This document shows positions 51,380-62,200 of a stretch of DNA of 64,000 nucleotides, piece by piece. Position numbers and translations under genes: made by a program. This DNA comes from Lobosporangium transversale (Eukaryota), in NCBI RefSeq assembly GCF_002105155.1, contig NW_019029012.1, positions 62,001 through 126,000 on the forward strand, given 5' to 3'. The notes below the pieces were generated by a model. That model saw nothing but the letters and a program-made list of their open reading frames with translations. It made no database searches and was not told where the DNA came from. Each line of letters starts with the position of its first letter. Position 1 is the first letter of the stretch.

Positions 51380-51956
51380 CCATGTGGTTTCCCATCGTAC
51401 ATACATTTACACACATAAGATTCTCTTTATGATTTTCCTTGCGGATATCGATAGAAAAAGAATTTGGGAATCTTTATTGAAACTATACCATCGGTTGTGC
51501 AATGTATTAAAGAAGCAGTTACTGGAAATTCTGGTTGTAAACACGCTTTACTTTTGAGTCTATTATAAGTCTTGACAGGTAAAGATGTTATGAAAAGTAT
51601 TATCAGGATAAGCTGGTGCATTTAATCAAGGAAAAAAAAAAAGTTGATAGCGTATTCATCTCCAGACAATGGTTTTAATACAATTGCAATAAAAAAGGAT
51701 ACTTCATATATGTAGCACTAGGAAGGTGATTTTCAAGCTTTCTTCCATCATGAGCATTTACATCCTTTGTCTATTTTTTTTTTTTTTTTTTTTTTTTTTT
51801 CGCTGGGATTTGATGTGCTTGCTACCTTGGTATAGCTGAGTTGCGATTAATGAAAACATGAAAAATGAAAGTTCCAGTGACAGACGGTGAGGCTCAAATC
51901 ACAGTAATAGACGTTAATTTAATGCCAAAAATGGGGAGAGTGAAAAGGGGTATATA

Positions 51957-54900
51957 TTATCGTTGCTGTCTAGTACTCTGAAGTAACAGTTCCTTGAGCT
52001 CCTGTAGCTGCTCCTGCAATTGCTCTACGCGCGCATCCACATTAGTAACACGTTTTCCCATTTCCTTGTCAGCGCTAGCATCCAACTTTTCTTGGTAGGC
52101 TTTCATCTGCCGCGCAGTCGCTGTGAAATAGATTTCTCGTGGGAAACAGTCGTACGTCTTCCGGTAATCTGGGATATGATATGACATATTTTCGGCCGCC
52201 TCAATGTATCGCAGACGCGATTCAAACCATATCAGGCGCCATCTGCCATCGCCCTTTATGAATGCCACATTGATAAGCGCTACAGTGAGAATATATACAT
52301 ATATATATAAATATACACACAAATATAAATAAATATAAGAGTTGAATTAATGATGAGTATCAGAGAGTAGAAATAAATAATGATAATAATGATAATAGTG
52401 ATAATAATGATAGTAAAAAATGCACTAAATAACACGTACCAATAAGCACATTCAGCATTAGGATGACAGTGAAGAAAAAGAACAACATCATCATAATATG
52501 GAAAGCCCAGTCTTCAGAAGTAAATTTTGAGTCAACAGGATCATATCGACCACCCTACATTATGGAAAAAAGAAATTAGACAGGCAAATGTATAATGCGG
52601 TCATTCGCGAGATAGGCTATTCTAATGTGTGTATCCAAAGCAGGAAATATAATAATAATAATAATAATAATAATAAAAGGCCTACCAGCATGAAATACGT
52701 TGCGGATAGTGCACCGAAGAATTGGATAGGGAAGAACCCTTCATCTTCTGCTCGCTCACATCCACCTGTTGGACAGGCATGAAGAAGATGTAACATCCCA
52801 ACTGTGAACGCAATGAGCCCTGCTGCAAAGATCACGAAGAAGACTTGGATCTCCTCAGTAGCTTGCTGAATAATCGCCACATATATGCATACCATCTGGT
52901 TGATCCTGAGCTCAAAGAGCTATTTAAAATGAAGAAAATGAAAATTTTGAGGATTTTGTGTTCACCCATTGGGAGTATGAAGAGTAAGATCATCATCATA
53001 CAGTTCCTTAAAGAGGCAAGAAAGCAAAGCATGAGCTTATTACCATATGCAAGAATACAGCCAGGACGGAGAAACTGACAAGCCTGGTATTTCCAGCCTG
53101 GTCGTCATTGAAAATGATAACCAATTGATGGATACCAGCGGCCATTGGTATTAAAAACGCCAGGATATCAATCGAATTATATATTGATCTAGATGCCAAG
53201 AATATCGAGCAAGAAATAATGTTAGGATCCAAATAGCTTTCAATAAAAACCACTCAGGGAAGCAAATTCAGTAATTAATTGATCGAGGATCCTTTCTCAT
53301 CCTACTTTTTGTATCCCTTCCAATCTTGATATGCTTGCAAAGTCTCAAGCCATATAAAGATGACTGACATAACTATTATCATAATGAACAATCCGATAAG
53401 TGGAGCGTGGTCCTCGCCGGAATAATATACTTGCATGAAAGCAACCACAAGGACCAGAATATAATAAATACATTGGAATGCAAATCTGCTAAGCCAATAA
53501 GGGAACCCAATCGTATTCCTATTTTCATTGTCACGACAGAAGCAAAGTATTTAGTCAATAAACATTAAAGGCTATGGCGCAACAGCGTATAAAAGGGAAG
53601 CAAAGGGAAAAAGAGTAGGAATCATCGTTGATGAACTCACCATTTGTACGTGACCAAAGCAGTTATGGCTGGGTTATCAAAAAAATCCAGAGTAAAGTTG
53701 TGAGGTTTGACGTATATTCGGTTTTTGAGCTGCAACTTGAGAAGAAACATTTGGTACATTGACTTCCACCGTGTCGTCCATGGTATTATATGCGTTGGTT
53801 TGAGCCGTCCTTCAGGGAGGGATGCTCCCCTATTAAAGTCATCATGGCCGGTTTCTTTATCCTCGGCGTTGATTGTATCATCGTGGCAGAGCCACAGTGC
53901 GTCAAAAGAAGCCATGAACACTGAATCTGTAAACAGGTCATTTTTGGGATCCCGTGGCTTAGCTACCACATGTAGCTGCATAATTGGATCTGGTATTTCG
54001 GACAGAGCTAATGATGGTGACTGCCAGAACTTGAGTCGAAACATTGGCGGGTAGGCGATTTTGTGATTATCGATAATATAGGACCGTTCCGTAGCTGGAA
54101 TATATGCTATTCGTTCAATACAGTCAAGCGCCTGCTCTGGGAAGGTGTCCATCACTTGTTTCATTGACCCAAATATGGGGGTCAAGAATGAGAGATTGCG
54201 AGAACTGTTGGCATGACTGACACAGTAGTCCATAATTACTTTAGCAACACTGATGACCGCAGGCTGCGCCTCTGCAATTTGGAAAAGCTTTTTAAGGGGA
54301 TCACAGAGTTTATGAGCAGCGATAGCCTTAGAGTCCGGAATCCAAGTGATCTTTGTTGGAGGCAACAAAGCCTTCATGATCTGCTCCAAAAAATTCCGAT
54401 TTTCATACGTCCAGACTTCACATAATGTAGAAATGCAAGAGACTGGATTCTGAGAAGATGGTCGAACAAGGGCCTTTAGATATTGAATAACAGCCTCCTG
54501 ACATGCTGCGTCGCCATCGGCATACATGTCTATGAGATTGCGGGTGCCATGAGATATTCGAATCTCTTCTGAGGTACCAAGATTGTCCAAAGAAGAATGG
54601 GGGTAGGTGAGCTTTTTAACTTTAAAACCCCTTGATTTTTTCGATGATTCCTTGAGTTCCTTGTACCATTTTTTAGACAAAAGGGTTAAAGCAAACTGCG
54701 TCCCATCTTTGCTAGCCATGGCACTAGAGATCCTGTAGATTCGAGGATCGGTCATTCGATGTTCTAGATCAGCCTCTTCTTGAAGTGCCCACACAAGCTC
54801 TAGCCTCGCAACCTCTGGTGAGTCCGACCCACCCTCTTCGATCAATCGCCACACTTGCATATAATGACCTGTCATCAACACAAGCCGCGAGGTTGCTGGC

Positions 54901-56528
54901 AAAAACATGCATGAATGAACTATATGTGATGGCCCTAGCGGTATTTTAAGACTTGCCTGTTTTTTCGAGGCGGTTGAATCTGAAAGTGAAGGCGAAAACA
55001 GTGCAGGGAAATGATGCTGTTCTGAGGGCAGGTCGACACGAGTAATGGTAACAACCGTCAGCACACCACCACTGAGCACATCATTTTTGGTGGTCAAAAT
55101 GAATCCGACGCCAGAAGTTGACGTTAACTTCAGCCTGAACTCGCGACTAAGTTCATGGTGCTCTGTACTTTCTAAATCTTCTTCACTGAAGATAATACTA
55201 GGTGCAAAAATGGCATCAATACCTATCTTGATGACGTCCATAACAGGACCCTATTGACGCGAACAAAAGTTGCAAAAAAAGGAAGAGAAAGGATCAGTTT
55301 AAATGATATAATGGTGTGTTTACTTCGATCAATCTCTTTCTCACTAATAGGAGTTGGCTCATTCATCCTCACCTCTCGATAGACAAAGATCTGATCTTTC
55401 AAAGGGTTTGGGAAACTAAGGCTGTAATCCTTGCGTATTGAGAAAGAGCGGATGGACTTCATGTCACATGCCCTTATGATCTTGCACTCAATAAATCGAT
55501 GCTTTGGATCATCAGGGGGATCCTGGTCAAATATCATAAAGTTCTCATGATCCATTACCACCCCAAACTGCTTATCATCTCCTAACCCTTCAGTGTAGTC
55601 ACCAAGCTTCATACCCGAGGCCGTTTCATAGATGCTGATGCATCTTTTAACAGAGATTGCTGCCAGGGACCCATCACCAGACAAACCGACAAATGACCCA
55701 GCAACGCCACTAGTGACTTTAATATATGAGAGCTGCTTCATTCTTACGATATCCCAGAAGGATACCACGTTTCTGCTACCAGTCCACGCAAAGCGATTGC
55801 CACGTAAGTTTGTAATGAATATTGATGCAGCCTCCAAATTTTGTTCCGCTGTCATGTCCAAAGTATTGATTAGCGACCATTTATCATATATATTGGTGCT
55901 GTAGATTGAGATCGAGTATCCGTCGCAGGTGATGTAGTATTCACTCGTGTTTCCTTGGTCGTCACTGAGGGAGCATAAGTGGAACTTTCCATAGCCGCGA
56001 AACCCTCGAAGGCCATCGCAAGCTTCATCTAAGTGCAATTCTCTAGGAGATAAAATGTCCTTGGATACAGTGGAAGGAAAGTAGCTTAGAATACGGCATA
56101 GTATTGTGTTCTCTGGATCCTTGGGTGTGCTTGAAGTCTCATCTAACGCAGAGAGCTTTGCTACCGGCTCTATAGAGTGAATGACGATGTATTTTCCTGA
56201 GGCTGCAACGGACATGGAGATACTAATTAAATCAGGGCGACTGACTTTGATTGAAGTTATGTGCCCTTGTGCAATTAGGGTGGAGTGCCTCTTTGTTGTA
56301 CCATCTTGGAGTTCTTCAGGTAACTCGGTGTCAAGGGACCAGAGTTCGATGATACCTTGACCATCTTCAGTAAAGCACAGTGTTGCAGCATGCGTCCCGT
56401 TGGCGTTCAGTGCATAAGAGTGTATTTTCTTAGTCCTGTCCCAAGTACCATTATCGCCATAGCTCACATTGATGATATGATGAGGCTTGAACCCATCATA
56501 CAGGACAAGATCTGCAGAGCATTGCCAA

Positions 56529-56567
<39 letters not shown>

Positions 56568-57791
56568 GACTGTAAGTGTCTCCTTCAATAGGCTGCATAT
56601 ATAACATGGAAATTGTTGCCCCATAGTTTTTTTACCTGACGATACTGTGTGCCCTACATCCAATTCAACGTAATGTAAATCTAGGCCCAAGTTCGATAGG
56701 TCACTTTTCATCACGTTGATTGAGAGTTGAATGTATGTGGCAATACTAATCTCAATCTGCCGATGCAACCTTAGTCTCGTAAATACCCCTCTTCCTAAAA
56801 CCGCATGTTGACCAGGCCAAAGAGAGCCAAGATTAATACTATAAAGAATGAAGTGCGTTAAATATTCCGACTCGTCTATAGATGTTAATGCTGATCAATG
56901 TTACATACGAATAGAATGGATCTCATCGATTCTTGCGATAGTAGTGCAGTTCTTTGTCTAGTTGCAGCATAAGAAAGTTATATGCATCAGAATCGGCCGG
57001 AAACTTGATCAAAAACATATCACAGGCAGAAGAGTAGCAGAAACAGTGAAGGAGATTTGCAAATATTTACAGAATACAGAGCTCTTCGATTGGAGTTAAG
57101 CTGCTTCATTTCGATTTTCAGCATATCTGAATCGTGAATAAATTCAGAGTTGAGTGTCACACCGAGGATTATAGAGTACCAACCACGTTTAATTTGCCCT
57201 ATCTCAAATAAACACTGCAGTGACAGATGTCAAGAATAAAATGAGCTTCAAATACATCTCATTTGTACATACTGTTACTGTAACATCATTACTAACATAC
57301 CTCCCAACTCTGATTGAACGGAACAACTATGGGTGTTTGGCTGATAGCTCCAATCTTGCCTATGATTCCTGAGTCTGATGACTGCTCAAAATACCATCGT
57401 ATACCTGGTATTTCAGTCACATTGGGATAGAATATATTAGAACATCATCGCTACAAATATACGCAACATGACTCTGGGATATCCGCAGGGCTTTGTACAA
57501 GTCGCCCAGGCTTGAACCTTCTGCACCTTGATTCGATTCTGATAACACTGCAGGTGATGATGTCTCAGAAGAGTGAGAGACAGGTTGTGAAGTAGTAGCG
57601 GATGCAATTGGAGCCTGGGATGTCAAAGGTATATTATTATCTTCAATAGATACAATGGTATGTCTTGAATTATGTCTGGATAAAGGATTCGGTGGTGAAG
57701 CCGCATTTAAATTTGATGGCATTGGCGATGAAGCATTGGAGGGAGGCGGTCTAGCTAGATCTGCAGACCTGTTTTCCAGATCGTCGTCCAT
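51957..57791 (-). CDS. TRP-like cation channel 2, paralog of channel 1 with a matching exon layout
   Basis: Shows the same motif series: FFDNPAITALVTYKW, ATYFML|GGRYDP, LMLNVLI|ALINVAF, WFESRLRYIEAAENMSYHIP. The 5' and 3' flanks are also homologous to those of channel 1. Confidence 0.8.
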
Positions 57792-59259
57792 GATGATATA
57801 TTGACAAGTTGAACAAATAGGATATGGATGCAGCAGACAACGTTGAAGAAAGATAATGAACTCAGGTAGAGATTAGAGGGAGAGAAGAAAGGATAAAATG
57901 TGACAAGATACATGCTTCGCCAAATATTATACATATTTCAATTATATAAAACTCTCATTCATTTTTAATTTTTTGCAGGGAGCTCCTCGCTACTAAATTA
58001 AGCACGCTTCCAGTATCTTGGGTAAAAAGGCTACTAGGTGAGGATGGACCATCAATGCCAGAATGGGTATAGCCTTCTACTCATTCTATTCCTTGGAGGA
58101 AGAAGAGCAAGATGAGAACGAGAATGATGTACATGTTCAAAGATGATGGAGTCGGAGTCTTGTACAAACACAAATTTTGAAAATTTTCACTAAACTTTAT
58201 TTTGTGCGAACATCGCTCCGCCCCTTTCCTTTAGGCCAATTAAATCAATCTGTCTGTTGATTCTCGCAATGCATCTTAGTGACAGAGTTAAGGAAAACAT
58301 CTCGGATAACACAACTTTGTCATTCTAGGAGATTAATAGTGTAGTAATGATATTTTTCATTGCATTGAAAGATATGTATGACATTGTTCATCTCCCATGG
58401 ATACCTTAATTTTCATGCTATTGCCGAAATACCAAGTTTTTTTTTGCTAAGGACACAGACTAAGCTGTATGTGAATGAAAGCAAGACTTCGTTTTGCAAG
58501 TCCTTTTTTTTCTGACACCGAGTTGAATCGTGACGAATAAATGTGTCCCTCGCCAATGAATGTCCTGGAATCCGAGCTACTCTGTTTAGAATTGGGGGAT
58601 GGATGAAGTTCGTTTGTTCGAATTGTTGATATGCAATGAGAGAAAAAAAAGATCTGAAACATGGATTGATGGCGTAAAGACTACGCCAAGGAAGAACCTC
58701 AAAGGGCAGGAATAAAAGGTATTAGAAAAGAAAAAAACGAGTGACTACAAGTGTTTACTCCCCTGGCAAAAAATGCTGGGGGTAGCCGATATAGTGTCAG
58801 AACTCTCGTACTGTACACAGGAATCGGAGAGAGCGGCCCCGAGGTGTTTCTAATGTAGGAAGTTGGCTGTATACATAAGCATTAACTTTTTTATTTTATT
58901 TTTTTACTTAAAACTTAAAACACGTCTTTTGCGCGCCCACATTGATCCAATAAATAGCAACAAGAATGGTATCCACCTTTCTGATGACTGTCACACTTTA
59001 TCATCTACCTCATTGACTACTTTATTGGCTGAACCATGTCCTTTTATATTGACCATATATTTGAGCACACAAGAACCATCTAGTTGGGGCCGTTATATTT
59101 GACTCACCAAGGGGCAGTCAACAGCATTGGCATAGATCGAATCGACAATGTGTTTAATCAGAGAGGGAAAAAAAACCCCCTCGACTATTCCATATAAACT
59201 TCATTTTAAAGAATCATGGCCGTGTATAGTCTTGAGCGCGCCCCTATAAGTGCCGGAAC

Positions 59260-62200
59260 TTATTCACTCCCATTTTTGCCAAACAAATCCAGAGTGGTTA
59301 AAGATCTGCTGGTCTTGAGTGTCTTGAACAGCGTCAGAACTCCTTCATCACCAATTGGATTCCCATTCAAGTACAAAGCAGTCAATGTCGTGTTGCTCAT
59401 GAGTGCCTCTGACAGTGCCCGGGCTCCTTTATCCCCAATTGAGTTGTCCCACAAGTCCAGAATGGTCAAAGCTATGTTGGTTATTAGTGCCTCTGACAAT
59501 GCCTGAGCTCCTTTATCTCCAATTGAGTTGCTTGTCAGGTCCACTGTGGTCAAAGTCTTGTTGACCTTGAGTGCATATGACAATGCAACGGCACCTTCAT
59601 CTCCAATTGCGTTGCCCGTTAAGCTCAGAGTGGTCAAAGAGGTATTGGTCTTGAGTGCTTTTGACAGTGCAAGAACTCCTTCATCCTCAATAAGATTGTA
59701 GGTCAAGTTCATAACGGTCAAAACCGTGTTAGTCTCGAGCGCCTCTGAGAGTGCAGTAGCCCCTTCAACTTTGATTGAGTTGCCCTCCAAGTCCATAATG
59801 ATTATAGTCTTGTTGACCTTAAGAACCTCTGACAGTGCAAGTGCTCCTTCATTCCCAATAGAGTTATACCCCCACCTCAAGGTGGTCAAAGTCGTATTGG
59901 TCCTGAGCGCCTCTGACAGTGCAAGGACCCCTATATCCCCAATTGAGCTGTCCCATAAGTCCGAAGTGGTTAAAGATGCGTTGGCTATGAGTGCCTCGGA
60001 CAGTGCAAGAGCTCTCTCATCCCAAATTGAGCTGCCCTTCAAATCCAAAGTGGTTAAAGTTGTGTTGGTCTTAAGTGCATCTGATAGTACAAGTACCCCT
60101 TTAATCCCAATTTTGTTGCTCACCAAGTACAAAGCAGTCAATGTCGTATTGCTCATGAGTGCCTCTGACAGTGCTCGGGCTCCTTCATCCCCAATTGAGT
60201 TGTCCACCAAGTCCAAAGTGGTTAAAGCTGTGTTGGCTTTGAGCGCCTCTGACAGTGCCAGCACCCCTTTAATCCTAATTTCGTTATTCATCAAGTTCAA
60301 GGTGGTTAAAGTTGCATTGGTCTTGAGCGCCTCTGACAGCGCAAGAGCTCCTTCGTCTCCAATTGAGTTGCTTGTCAGGTCTAAAGTGCTTAAAGTTCTG
60401 TTGGTTGTAAGTCCTATTGAGAGTGCAATAGCCTCCCTTTCCCCAATAGCATTGTTTGTCAAGTTCAGAGTGGTTAAAGTTGTATTAAATTTCAGTGCCT
60501 CTGACAGTGCGAGAACTCCTTCATCCCCAAACGAGTTGTTCATCAATTTCAAAGTGGTTAAAGTTGTATTGGTCTTGAGTGCCTCTGACAGTGCCAGAGC
60601 TCCTTCCTTCCCAATTAAGATGTCCAAGTCCAAAGTGGTTAAAGTTGCGTTGGTCTTGAGTGCTTCTGACAGTGCAAGAGCTCCTCCATCTCTGATTGGT
60701 TTATACCCCAACATCAAAGTGGCCAAAGTCGTATTGATCCTACGTTCCACTGACATCTCAAGAGCATCCTTCTCATTAATGCTGTTTGTTAAGTCCAGGG
60801 AGGTTAAAGTTTTGATGATATTGGGTGTCGCAGACGGTGCCAGAGCTACTTCCATCTTAATACAGTTATATGTCAAGTCTAGAGTGGTTAATGTTGTGTT
60901 GGTCTTGAGTGCCTCTGACAGTGCCAGAGCTCCTTTATCCTTAATGTTGTTGTGTGCCAAGGCCAGACTGGTTAAAGTTGTGTTGATCTTGAGTGCCTCT
61001 GACAGTGCCAGAGCTCCTTCATCCGTAATGTCGTTGTGTGCCAAGTCTAGAGTGGTTAAAGTTGTGTTGGTCTTGAGTGCCTCTGACAGTACCAGAGCTC
61101 CTTCATCCGTAATCTTGTTCTGTGTCAACTCTAGAGTGGTTAATGTTGTGTTGGTCTTGAGTGCCTCTGACAGTACCAAAGCTCCTTCATCCTCAATATA
61201 GTTGTGTGCCAAGGCCAGACTGGTTAAAGTTGTGTTGGTCTTGAGTGCCTCTGACAGTGCCAGAGCTCCTTCATCCTTAATAAAGTTGTGTGCCAAGTCT
61301 AGAGTAGTTAATGTTGTGTTGGTCTTGAGTGCCTCTGACAGTACCAGAGCTCCTTCATCCGTAATCTTGTTCTGTGCCAACTCTAGAGTGGTTAATGTTG
61401 TGTTGGTCTTGAGTGCCTCTGACAGTGCCAGAGCTCCTTTATCCTTAATGTTGTTATGTGCCAAGGCTAGACTGGTTAAAGTTGTGTTGATCTTGAGTGC
61501 CTCTGACAGTGCCAGAGCTCCTTCATCCGTAATATAGTTATGTGCCAAGTCTAGAGTGGCTAAAGTTGTGTTGGTCTTGAGTGCCTTTGACAGTGCCAAA
61601 GCTCCTTCATCCTCAATATAGTTGTGTGCCAAGGCCAGACTGGTTAAAGTTGTGTTGGTCTTGAGTGCCTCTGACAGTGCCAGAGCTCCTTCATCCATAA
61701 TGTCGTTGTGTGCCAAGTCTAGAGTGATTAAAGTTGCGTTGGTCTTGAGTGCCTCTGACAGTGCCAGAGCTCCTTCCTCCTTAATATAGTTATGTGCCAA
61801 GTCTAGAGCGGTTAAAGTTGTGTTGGTCTTGAGTGCCTCTGACAGTGCCAGAGCTCCTTCATCCTTAATATAGGTATGTGCCAAGTCTAGAGTGGTTAAA
61901 GTTGTGTTGGTCTTGAGTGCCTCTGACAGTGCCAGAGCTCCTTCATCCTTAATATAGTTATGTGCCAAGTCTAGAGCGGTTAAAGTTGTGTTGGTCTTGA
62001 GTGCCTCTGACAGTGCCAGAGCTCCTTCATCCGTAATGTCGTTGTGTGCCAAGTCTAGAGTGATTAAAGTTGCGTTGCTCTTGAGTATCTCTGACAGTGC
62101 TAGAGCTCCTTCCTCCTTAATATAGTTATGTGCCAAGTCTAGAGCGGTTAAAGTTGTGTTGGTCTTGAGTGCCTCTGACAGTGCCAGAGCTCCTTCATCC